In this document: piece by piece, positions 26,441 to 34,821 of the stretch | Layout: each line of letters begins with the position of its first letter | How positions within the stretch are numbered: position 1 is the stretch's first letter | Assembly (NCBI GenBank): GCA_039028335.1 | Contig: JBCCIF010000003.1 | Location: 19,349-83,348, forward strand | Length of the DNA stretch: 64,000 nt | Direction: 5' to 3' | Origin: Bacteroidota bacterium | GTDB lineage: Bacteria; Bacteroidota; Bacteroidia; Flavobacteriales_D; JABDKJ01 | Notes under the pieces: generated by a model | The model's database searches: none | Seen by the model: only the letters and a program-made list of their open reading frames with translations | What the model was told of the DNA's origin: nothing | Position numbers and translations under genes: made by a program

Positions 26441-28162
26441 CTAAAAGGTTAAGATTCTATTTTCCAATGAATCACCGCTCTCCAAGTTCATTTTCTTTCG
26501 CAATCTATATCGCGCCTTTTTTATTCCCTCTTGTGAGATATTCAGAAGATTGGCAATTTCTTTTGAATTTAATTGCATTTTTAGGAGTGCAATTAGACGC
26601 AAATCACCTGAGCTAAGTTCAGGGTGTTCAGTCAATAGTCGCTGCGTAAAGCCTTCGTGAACATTTTCAAAACGTTGTTTAAAGGCATCCCAGTTTGCAT
26701 CATCTTTGAGATTGAAGTCGATCGAGCGAATAATTGAATTCATTTCATTCGGGTTTTCTTCATTGGGCTTTAAGTCGACTAAATCCGTTTTCAATTTTTC
26801 CAAGACTTCGTTTTTATGTGCCAATTGCGTTGTATATGCCAATAGTTCCTTTTTCTTAAAATTAAGATCGCTCCTGACTTTCTCTTGCCGTATTTGCGCA
26901 GCTTTAGAACGCTGTCTGATCGCGATTACCAAAGCAAATACCAAAGCGATTAATAAAACTAATCCCGTCCAGAGACTTCTTTTTTCAGCTTCATCTATTT
27001 CCTTTTCCTTGGTCAATAAAGCGATTTCTGCTTCTTTTTCTTTTGCCTCAAATCCAATTTCCAATTCGTTGATATAGTTGATGTTTTCTTGTGAAAGAAC
27101 ATCACTATTCAAAAGGTGATAATTTTTATAGTTGCTCAAGGCAGCTTGATAGTCATTCAGGCCTTCGTAAATATCAGCTAAGACTTTATAATCATGTATC
27201 TGTTTTTTCTTGGTACTGAACTCTTCAGAACTCACTAATGATGCTTCTGCATATGGAAGGGCTTTCTGATATAAATTTTGCTTTAGATATAAACTGACCA
27301 AATGCCTTTTGACGAGTCCAGGCAAACTCTCTTCCCCATTTTGCTCCGCTAGTTTCAATGCCTCTAGATAATTGCTTTCCGACTGAATGTAATTTCCTTT
27401 ACGCCTGTGAATATTTCCTAAATGATCCAAAGCGCCTGCCAAGGAATTACTGTAGTTCTTGTTTCTACAATGTTCAATATATTCTTCGACTTGAGGTACC
27501 AAATTCAAAGTAGAGTCAATATGCTCCATGTTCATGACCTTCATATACTTGAGCTCCATGATATCATCAACATAATTCAAATCCTCATAGATCTCTAAAG
27601 CTTTATCGTAGTACTTGTTGGACTCTTCATAATTTTCAATATCACCCAGGGTATTCCCAATATTCCAATAGCTAGGCGCAATCGTCTCGGCAGGGAGTTC
27701 CATCTCCTTTTTTAGCTCTAGAGATTTCAAATGGCACTCTAAAGATTCCGTGAGCTTACCTAAATCGCGATAAGAATTCGCCATATTATTCAGCACCAGA
27801 CTCATCATCCTCTTGTCGTCTATTTGCTCATATAAGTCCAAAGCTATTTCAAGATCAACAAGAGACTCCTCAAAGTGCGAAGTCATATTATGTAGGATAC
27901 CAGATAAATTTTTGCCGGTTGCGATGTATTTAGTTTCTCCTAATTCCTCTGCTATCCCTGCATACTCATTGATTAATTCTCTTGATTTTTGAACATCATA
28001 ATACATGTACTCTATAAATAGCGAAACCAATACCTCTAATCTATTGGTATCCCTCTCTTGGGGAATAATAGAATAAAGCGAATCGATTGAAGCTTGATCC
28101 TGCGCTGTAGCCGTTTGAAAAAGTGAGAAGATGATAGCGAAAAAAAGTGCATGAGGTTTCAT
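26441..28162 (-). CDS. Membrane-anchored TPR-repeat protein with C-terminal LuxR-type HTH
   Basis: Signal peptide, multiple TPR-like repeats, a TM helix (WTGLVLLIALVFALVIAI), a coiled-coil, then the HTH LSSGDLRLIALLKMQLNSKEIANLLNISQEGIKKARYRLRKKM. Confidence 0.7.
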   Translation of the reverse strand: MKPHALFFAIIFSLFQTATAQDQASIDSLYSIIPQERDTNRLEVLVSLFIEYMYYDVQKSRELINEYAGIAEELGETKYIATGKNLSGILHNMTSHFEESLVDLEIALDLYEQIDDKRMMSLVLNNMANSYRDLGKLTESLECHLKSLELKKEMELPAETIAPSYWNIGNTLGDIENYEESNKYYDKALEIYEDLNYVDDIMELKYMKVMNMEHIDSTLNLVPQVEEYIEHCRNKNYSNSLAGALDHLGNIHRRKGNYIQSESNYLEALKLAEQNGEESLPGLVKRHLVSLYLKQNLYQKALPYAEASLVSSEEFSTKKKQIHDYKVLADIYEGLNDYQAALSNYKNYHLLNSDVLSQENINYINELEIGFEAKEKEAEIALLTKEKEIDEAEKRSLWTGLVLLIALVFALVIAIRQRSKAAQIRQEKVRSDLNFKKKELLAYTTQLAHKNEVLEKLKTDLVDLKPNEENPNEMNSIIRSIDFNLKDDANWDAFKQRFENVHEGFTQRLLTEHPELSSGDLRLIALLKMQLNSKEIANLLNISQEGIKKARYRLRKKMNLESGDSLENRILTF

Positions 28163-28455
28163 CGAGACAAGATAACAATTGGTTCAAAATCAAAACATGA
28201 ATTGATCATTTACAAAGAAATTGGCCAATGCCCCTAAATAAAGGTAATATCATAAAAGGCTTATTATAAAGGGGTATAATGCGAGTTAAACGTTTGTAAG
28301 CGACTACAAATGTATGTTAAACGCTTATCGTACGACTATAAATTTCATAAGGTCTTTCATTTGCATCGGCAATCGAAACATAGCTCGGTTTTGAATTCCG
28401 AGAAAAGAGAAAGCCAAAAAAGTAAATAAAAATTAAACAATTAAAATTTAGCATT

Positions 28456-28797
28456 ATGAGCAACATGAGAAACAAGGTACAGTTGATCGGAAGACTTGGA
28501 CAAGACCCTGAAGTAGTAAACTTTGATGGCGGAAAGAAAAAGGCCAATTTGAATTTAGCAACTAATTCGGTTTATTACGACAAGGCAGGTGATAAAGTAG
28601 AAGAAACGCAATGGCACAAAGTTGTGGCTTGGGGAAAGAATGCGGAGACGATAGAAAAATTCCTGCGCAAAGGACAAGAAGTCGCTATTTCTGGAAAACT
28701 AACGAGCCGTTCTTGGGAGGACGAAAAGGGGAGTAAGAGATACATAACCGAAATAATGCTTCAAGAATTTCTAATGCTTGGCAGAAAAGAAAGTTAA
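28456..28797 (+). CDS. ssb: Single-stranded DNA-binding protein (short form, no acidic C-terminal tip)
   Basis: OB-fold SSB signature: NKVQLIGRLGQDPEV...TQWHKVVAWGKNAE...KGQEVAISGKLTSRSWEDEKGSKRYITEI. Confidence 0.85.
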   Translation: MSNMRNKVQLIGRLGQDPEVVNFDGGKKKANLNLATNSVYYDKAGDKVEETQWHKVVAWGKNAETIEKFLRKGQEVAISGKLTSRSWEDEKGSKRYITEIMLQEFLMLGRKES

Positions 28798-28824
28798 GTC
28801 TGTATTCATTCTAAAATGTAAGAG

Positions 28825-28855
28825 GCCTCTCGAAGAATTTCGAGGGGCTTTTTTT
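28825..28855 (+). terminator. Rho-independent terminator after ssb
   Basis: GCCTCTCGAA (28825-28834) pairs with TTCGAGGGGC (28839-28848) in a 10-bp stem with one G-U pair. The loop is GAAT and a run of 7 T follows (28849-28855). Confidence 0.8.
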
Positions 28856-29264
28856 ATAGTAGACTTTCAAGCTGACCTTCTAATCTCCTGATGATCATTT
28901 GAACCATTCTTTTATTCAGCGCATTCTTGTTCTTGCGATAATACTCGTATTCATCAATGGTGAACAAAGAGACCACTGAAGCAATCAAAGAATTCTTAAT
29001 ACGCGGATCCTTTTTCATCACTTCTTCGATATAATCCATTTGTGCTTTTTGATTATAGGCATTGAAAACGGGCTTAAATTTCTCGAGGTAGGAATGGAAC
29101 TGGGCCAATAAAATCGCGTTTTGTAATTTGAGTATAGGACGAATGGTCGTGTTCTGAAAATTCTCTTCTTCTGAAAGGGCTTTTTCACAAGTAATAGTCG
29201 GTCGAATTCGAATGACTTTGTCGTCTCTTTCTGTTCTCAAATGATTGCTTTGATAACCTAACAA
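28854..29264 (-). CDS. Hypothetical protein
   Basis: 136-codon ORF with a TTG start, 18 nt downstream of the LTD protein stop and probably co-transcribed with it. I recognise no family. Confidence 0.4.
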   Translation of the reverse strand: MLGYQSNHLRTERDDKVIRIRPTITCEKALSEEENFQNTTIRPILKLQNAILLAQFHSYLEKFKPVFNAYNQKAQMDYIEEVMKKDPRIKNSLIASVVSLFTIDEYEYYRKNKNALNKRMVQMIIRRLEGQLESLL

Positions 29265-29282
29265 AGATAGGCATAAAAGAGT

Positions 29283-32200
29283 TTAAAATCTAGTACCTAC
29301 AACGCATGTCTTTTTAAATACGCTTAGGCTTCCTTCTAAATCAAAAATTTCAATAAATATGACATAAACACCTAATCGAGCCTTCGTATTCTCATCAGTC
29401 GTTCCATCCCACTTCACCGTTCCCGAAGTCGCCATAATTTCATTTCTCAAAAGTGATTTCACAGGAACGCCTCGACTGTCGTATATGTTAATGGAACCTA
29501 AGTACCCCGACTCATCAAAAACGTAATTGATATTTAAAAAATCATCAAATCCATCATTGTCAGGACTAAATAATTCAGGCTCTAAAGCGACTGAGCTTTC
29601 GGGAATACTTCCTTGAAAAAATTGAGAGTTTGGCAGACCTGGAGTTGCATTTCCAGAAATAGTAGATGCAGAATGCCAATTACTTGGATCATTTGTCACG
29701 CGCTCAAAATCAATCCGTTCCAAAGAAACGCCCTTTACCTCATCCAACAAATTGAAATGATAATCTTCCTGATAGGAGAACTCATCAGAAACTTGCGCGT
29801 CAGGCATCATAAGAATGACCGTTCCTTCATCATTGCTGTAAGTTGGAAAATTATCCAAAGAGAGGAACACATCTCTGTTGCCATTTGGATATGTGTTTTT
29901 AACGGCTTGCGAATCCTCAGATAGCAATACATATGTTCTTGGAAACAAGAGCTTACCCTCTCCTGAAATCAAATTTAAATCTCCTGGAATTCCATTGTCC
30001 ATATTGGCAATTCGCCAGTCTTTTAGACTCAATACCTTGTCTGTCCGGTTGTAAATTTCAACGAAATCTGTACCTCCTTCTGGTGGGTTAAACAAAACTT
30101 CGTTGATTATAACATCCCCGGGATCTGCTTCTTGTGGCAGGGCAAAGCGACCTGTATTTTGGTCAGAAATAATATTACCCAAACAATCGCTAAGCCCTTC
30201 AATACTCAAATTATATATAATTCCTTCTTGTATAGATGGAGCCAATGAAATCTGCAATCGCTTAAGGTCGCTATCTAGAATTTGAGGTAAAATTCCATTG
30301 AGTCCGTTATCAATTGAGATGCTGATAAGATCCGAATTGGCAGCCTCAAGAAATTCATCAAATACAAGGACTATACTTTGATCATCATTGACCAAAATAT
30401 CCAAGAGTTCTGGGCCTTGCAGGTCAGCCTCCTCGGTATAAACCGAATTGATTTCTCCAGGAGTCCCCCCTTGAAAATCAATTGAGGAAGACCAATTGGA
30501 AATTCCACGACACGCTTCATTTAAATTCATCATCTCAAGGCTCCAGCCTCCTTCGCGTTTGTTAGGAGCATGAGTCATCAGGTCATATGCAATTTCGTTT
30601 ATCAATTCAGCCTCTGTATTTAAAAGTTGCACTACTTCTCCAGAGTTGTTGAGGAAAGATGAAGACCAGGGTGTAGCTCCTACAAAATTTTCAAAGGCGA
30701 AAAAGGCCAATTGCTCTTGTGCACTCCCAACAATTAAATATTCGCCTGGTTCTATAAAAGTCCCCGTTGGGATAACAGCATCATTAATTTGGCAATTACC
30801 GAGATTAATAAGATGTGCACTAGCGTTATATAATTCTATATATTCTGCTTCAGGCAAGCCCACAGGGGGACTGGGATCTGACATAATCTCTGTAATCAAT
30901 ACATCCCCAAAAAATGGTTCGAAACCCAATAAAATTTCGACATTGATTGCTTCTGATTCGTTTCCTTCACAATCAAAAACATTTTCCACATTCAAAAGAT
31001 AGTTTGTTGATGGATCTAAACCCTCTGAGAGCCCTAAACGAATCCTGTCCTCATAATTTCCAACTAAGGTGCTTGAAAGTACATCTACTCCATTGTTCAA
31101 TTCATAGGAACCAAATTCGAGAGACAATACGTCCATCGCTTCATTGAATACCAAAACCAAGGATTGCGGACTCTCAAAAAAATAGGACGCTATAGAAGGT
31201 GCCGTGGAATCGGGTGTATCATCAAATACAGAATTTTGTTCGCCAGGTGAACCTCCTAATGAATTTGAACTCACTTTCCAGTTCTCTTGTCCTGAGCACA
31301 TTTTATTTGGGTTAACTCGTTCAAGTGAGAAACCTCCCATAATCGCTTCAGAATTCTCATACCATGAATCCTCATAGACCACGATATCTAAAACAAGGCC
31401 TGTTGAAGATCGGATAGTTAAACTGTCCCCGGTATTTGCCAAAGCAGTGAACGAGGGAATTCCAATTACAGAGCCGAATCCACTTAGTAAGTCTATTTGA
31501 TCTTGATCACAAAGCAGAACGTATTGATTCTGAGTTAATATATAGCTCGGCAACAATTTTTCAGTGCTGGAGTTCACTAGTACCCAATCCTCAAGATCAA
31601 ATACTTCTTCACTTCGATTATGTAGCTCAATGAACTCCACTTCGGGTAAGCCTTGACTTGGTGTCGGATCTGCAAATATTTCATTGAATATCACCGAACC
31701 CTCGTCTGGAATTCCCGGCACAAAAAACATGAATTCTTCGCTTGTACTTTGCATGAAATTTCCTGCAAGATCTGACAGACCGGAAATATTGATGATATAC
31801 GTTTGACCATTTACGAAGGCGGAAGAAAAACTCAAATCAATAACTTCTGGAAAACTCTGATTTACGTTATCAGGACTCCCTATGCCATCATTTACACTAT
31901 AATTATTCGTATTTGCTGCTGTGCTATTCTCTATGGCTTCGTTGAATTCTAGTCTCAATAATTGATTGTTAATCACTGAAATAGTATTTAACTCAGGTGG
32001 AATCGAATCAATAAAAGGGCTTCCAACAACTACAAATTCATCGAAATAAAATTTATCGGATCTAGTTGAAGTATAAGTACACGCCATACCAAAAGCGACA
32101 CACATTAAATGCGCTTCATCCTGAATACTTCCCTGAAGGGCAAAATCAAAATTCCCTAAAGGATCAGCAAACAAGTTCCAGTTACCTTCATCATCTCGTT

Positions 32201-32657
32201 CTGCTCGAACGCGCACATTCACCGAAGGTGTATCGAGAAGATCATCTACTCCATCTATTATCTCGGTCATGTCATTTTCATCTTGCCGATACAATGAGAT
32301 TTCGTCTTCTGTACCTCCAATTCTGACAAAATATCCATTAAGATCCTCAAATAAATTCGAATTGTCACTTACCAGATACACATCGCAATAATTTGAACCA
32401 GAAGGATTAAAATCCATGCGAACAATAAACTCCCATGAGGCATTGTTGATCGCTTCGCTAGAAGTACTTAAAAAAGATTGATCAGCTTGTGCTGGCGCAT
32501 TCAAGTGCAATTCAAAATTACCATCCACTTCAAAGTTTATTTCATCTCCGCTCCAACTTGGATTTTCGGTAAAATCACCATCTGAGAAATCATCTTCAAT
32601 TTGGGCAAGACAATATCCACTTATAAAAAGGAGAATAATTGACAGTGTTCTTTTCAT
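29283..32657 (-). CDS. Lamin-tail-domain (LTD) repeat protein, secreted, with FlgD-Ig/CTD-like C-terminal domain
   Basis: Has a signal peptide and three LTD signatures: VIFNEIFADPTPSQGLPEVEFIELHN, VLITEIMSDPSPPVGLPEAEYIELYN and VIINEVLFNPPEGGTDFVEIYN. Each is preceded by an Ig-like segment. The C-terminus reads FSPDNDGFDDFLNINY...INIYDSRGVPVKSL...WDGT...GVYVIFIEI. Confidence 0.75.
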   Translation of the reverse strand: MKRTLSIILLFISGYCLAQIEDDFSDGDFTENPSWSGDEINFEVDGNFELHLNAPAQADQSFLSTSSEAINNASWEFIVRMDFNPSGSNYCDVYLVSDNSNLFEDLNGYFVRIGGTEDEISLYRQDENDMTEIIDGVDDLLDTPSVNVRVRAERDDEGNWNLFADPLGNFDFALQGSIQDEAHLMCVAFGMACTYTSTRSDKFYFDEFVVVGSPFIDSIPPELNTISVINNQLLRLEFNEAIENSTAANTNNYSVNDGIGSPDNVNQSFPEVIDLSFSSAFVNGQTYIINISGLSDLAGNFMQSTSEEFMFFVPGIPDEGSVIFNEIFADPTPSQGLPEVEFIELHNRSEEVFDLEDWVLVNSSTEKLLPSYILTQNQYVLLCDQDQIDLLSGFGSVIGIPSFTALANTGDSLTIRSSTGLVLDIVVYEDSWYENSEAIMGGFSLERVNPNKMCSGQENWKVSSNSLGGSPGEQNSVFDDTPDSTAPSIASYFFESPQSLVLVFNEAMDVLSLEFGSYELNNGVDVLSSTLVGNYEDRIRLGLSEGLDPSTNYLLNVENVFDCEGNESEAINVEILLGFEPFFGDVLITEIMSDPSPPVGLPEAEYIELYNASAHLINLGNCQINDAVIPTGTFIEPGEYLIVGSAQEQLAFFAFENFVGATPWSSSFLNNSGEVVQLLNTEAELINEIAYDLMTHAPNKREGGWSLEMMNLNEACRGISNWSSSIDFQGGTPGEINSVYTEEADLQGPELLDILVNDDQSIVLVFDEFLEAANSDLISISIDNGLNGILPQILDSDLKRLQISLAPSIQEGIIYNLSIEGLSDCLGNIISDQNTGRFALPQEADPGDVIINEVLFNPPEGGTDFVEIYNRTDKVLSLKDWRIANMDNGIPGDLNLISGEGKLLFPRTYVLLSEDSQAVKNTYPNGNRDVFLSLDNFPTYSNDEGTVILMMPDAQVSDEFSYQEDYHFNLLDEVKGVSLERIDFERVTNDPSNWHSASTISGNATPGLPNSQFFQGSIPESSVALEPELFSPDNDGFDDFLNINYVFDESGYLGSINIYDSRGVPVKSLLRNEIMATSGTVKWDGTTDENTKARLGVYVIFIEIFDLEGSLSVFKKTCVVGTRF

Positions 32658-32756
32658 GAATAAGGCGAAACCTTCAATGGCCGTAAGAGGTAAATATACT
32701 AATTTTGAACTGCGTTAATACGCAGAATATTTTGTAAATCTTTAAATCGAAATTGA

Positions 32757-33746
32757 ATGAAAGTCGCAGTAGTCGGAGCAACCGGAATGGTAGGAAGGGT
32801 TATGCTTAAGGTCTTAGAAGAAAGGGATTTCCCTATTTCTGAACTCATACCTGTTGCCAGCAGCCGCTCTCTTGGTCAAAAAATCACCTTTAAAGATCGA
32901 TCTTTTGAGGTTGTTTCTATGTCAGACGCGATTGAACTCAAACCAGAAATTGCCTTATTTTCAGCTGGTGGAGGCACTTCACTCGAATGGGCACCTAGAT
33001 TTGAAGAAGTTGGATGCACTGTTATCGATAATTCATCAGCCTGGCGGATGAGTCCCTCACATAAATTAATTGTGCCTGAAATCAATGCTGCAGAATTAAG
33101 CCCCATTGACAAGATTATTGCAAATCCGAATTGCTCAACTATTCAAATGGTAATGGCATTGGCTCCGTTGCATAAGAAATATGGGATTAAACGCGTAATC
33201 GTTTCAACGTATCAGAGTGTTTCTGGAACAGGAAAAGCAGCCGTCCAACAAATGGAGAATGAGCGTGACGGTAATCACGAAAATAAAGTTTACCCCTATA
33301 CAATTGACAAAAACTGTCTTCCCCATTGCGACATCTTTTTGGATAATGGATATACAAAGGAAGAAATGAAGCTGGTGAACGAAACTCGAAAAATCCTGGG
33401 TGATGAGTCAATTATGGTTTCTGCTACAGCCGTTCGTGTACCAGTGGACGGAGGACATTCAGAAGCAATCAATGTTGAATTTAAGGAAGACTTTGATTTG
33501 AATGAAGTTAAAGAAATTCTTCGTCAAACAGATGGTATTATCGTCCAAGATAACACGGATGACAATAGCTATCCAATGCCTTTGTACTCAAAGAACAAAG
33601 ACGAAGTATTTGTAGGGCGAATAAGAAGAGATGAATCGCAAGCCAATACATTAAATCTTTGGGTGGTTGCGGATAATTTGAGAAAAGGAGCAGCAACCAA
33701 TGCTGTTCAGATTGCAGAATACCTTAATGCTAACAGTTTAGTTTAA
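32757..33746 (+). CDS. asd: Aspartate-semialdehyde dehydrogenase
   Basis: MKVAVVGATGMVG Rossmann N-terminus, active-site NPNCSTIQMV, and 329 aa. Confidence 0.9.
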   Translation: MKVAVVGATGMVGRVMLKVLEERDFPISELIPVASSRSLGQKITFKDRSFEVVSMSDAIELKPEIALFSAGGGTSLEWAPRFEEVGCTVIDNSSAWRMSPSHKLIVPEINAAELSPIDKIIANPNCSTIQMVMALAPLHKKYGIKRVIVSTYQSVSGTGKAAVQQMENERDGNHENKVYPYTIDKNCLPHCDIFLDNGYTKEEMKLVNETRKILGDESIMVSATAVRVPVDGGHSEAINVEFKEDFDLNEVKEILRQTDGIIVQDNTDDNSYPMPLYSKNKDEVFVGRIRRDESQANTLNLWVVADNLRKGAATNAVQIAEYLNANSLV

Positions 33747-34408
33747 GCAGGAACGGATTCGTTCTCTTCCAAATCTGGCGTGTCTTTGCTCTTTGGAAAG
33801 AAACGTTTTTGAAATAAAATAATAACGATCACACCTATCGAAATTGCAGCGTCCGCAACATTAAAAACAGGTGCAAAAATGTCCCTCCCAGCAAGGCCCC
33901 ATGGTGCATTATCAGGAAATTTGGGAAGGAAGTGGAACATATCGACCACATGGCCCATTAAAAAGGGCGCGTAGCCTTCTTCCATTTCAGCCAAGCCACC
34001 TCGGATATAAGGCATTTTATTCCAATCTCCAATGGTATCATCCCAAAGTAGTCCTTGATCGAAAATAAGACCGTAAAATGCGCTGTCTAAAATATTTCCA
34101 ATGGCACCGGCTAAAATCATTGAAACACAAATGATGAATCCTCCATGAGCCCCGGTGCGTACAAGTTTAATTAGGTAACGGCCAATAACAAAAACTGCGA
34201 TAAGTCGAATAACACTAAGAACTAGCTTCCCATATGGCCCCCCAAAATCTAGACCAAATGCCATACCTGGATTCTCAATGAATTTAAACTCTATTAAATT
34301 ATTGATGAGGAGCATTGAATCCTCATATTGGAAATTAAGTTTAATCCAAATCTTGAGTACTTGGTCTATAATCAAGACCAAGAAAAGTGTGATGAGTGCT
34401 TTCTTCAA
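33743..34408 (-). CDS. lspA: Lipoprotein signal peptidase (signal peptidase II)
   Basis: NPGMAFG, VVDMF and FNVADAAISIGV motifs, with a TTG start. It lies in the conserved ileS-dksA-like-lspA context. Confidence 0.85.
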   Translation of the reverse strand: MKKALITLFLVLIIDQVLKIWIKLNFQYEDSMLLINNLIEFKFIENPGMAFGLDFGGPYGKLVLSVIRLIAVFVIGRYLIKLVRTGAHGGFIICVSMILAGAIGNILDSAFYGLIFDQGLLWDDTIGDWNKMPYIRGGLAEMEEGYAPFLMGHVVDMFHFLPKFPDNAPWGLAGRDIFAPVFNVADAAISIGVIVIILFQKRFFPKSKDTPDLEENESVPA

Positions 34409-34419
34409 GTATTCCTGGC

Positions 34420-34809
34420 TTAGCTCATTTTGTTTTTGGCCTCAATACTTAAGGTAGCATGTGGAACCAACTTCAACCTTTCTTTTTTGATCAGTTTACC
34501 TGTCACCCTGCAAACGCCATATGTTTTATTGTGAATTCTCACAAGTGCATCTTCAAGGTGTTTGATAAATTTCTCCATTCTGGACGCTTGAAGTGCCGTT
34601 TCTTCTTTTGATAAAGTCTCTGACCCATCTTCCATCATTTTAAATGTAGGAGAGGTATCTTCAGTGCTGTTATCATCAGCGTGTGACAAAGACTTTTTTA
34701 ATTGATCCAAATTTATTCGAGCCTCGTCCAACTTTTTATTGATCAGCTTCTCGAACATTTTCAAATCTCTGTCAGAATATTTTGCTCTTTTGTTACTCTT
34801 TTTAGTCAT
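34420..34809 (-). CDS. TraR/DksA-family regulator
   Basis: 129 aa with a coiled-coil N-terminal half and the C-terminus YGVCRVTGKLIKKERLKLVPHATLSIEAK. It sits between ileS and lspA, as in many Bacteroidota. Confidence 0.7.
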   Translation of the reverse strand: MTKKSNKRAKYSDRDLKMFEKLINKKLDEARINLDQLKKSLSHADDNSTEDTSPTFKMMEDGSETLSKEETALQASRMEKFIKHLEDALVRIHNKTYGVCRVTGKLIKKERLKLVPHATLSIEAKNKMS

Positions 34810-34821
34810 GGCAATCTCATT

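Noticed and set aside
26302-26616. A 104-codon plus-strand ORF starting in the tspO/regulator intergenic region.
   Set aside because: More than half of it is antisense to the HTH-coding 3' end of the TPR regulator. It has no recognisable family. The region is better explained as the tspO promoter.
28317-28547. A 76-codon minus-strand ORF overlapping the ssb start.
   Set aside because: It conflicts with the strongly supported ssb frame, and its translation is hydrophobic, low-complexity and without motifs.
30916-30927. GGTTCGAAACCC, resembling a tRNA T-arm.
   Set aside because: It lies inside the LTD protein coding frame. No acceptor, D or anticodon arm complementarity is evident around it. 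I saw no tRNA elsewhere in the window.
32700-32725. TAATTTTG (32700-32707) matches the Bacteroidota -7 promoter consensus TAnnTTTG, 49 nt upstream of asd. It is followed by a CTGCG/CGCAG hairpin at 32710-32725.
   Set aside because: There is no TTG -33 element at the expected spacing and the hairpin has only 5 bp. Evidence is too thin to call a promoter or attenuator.
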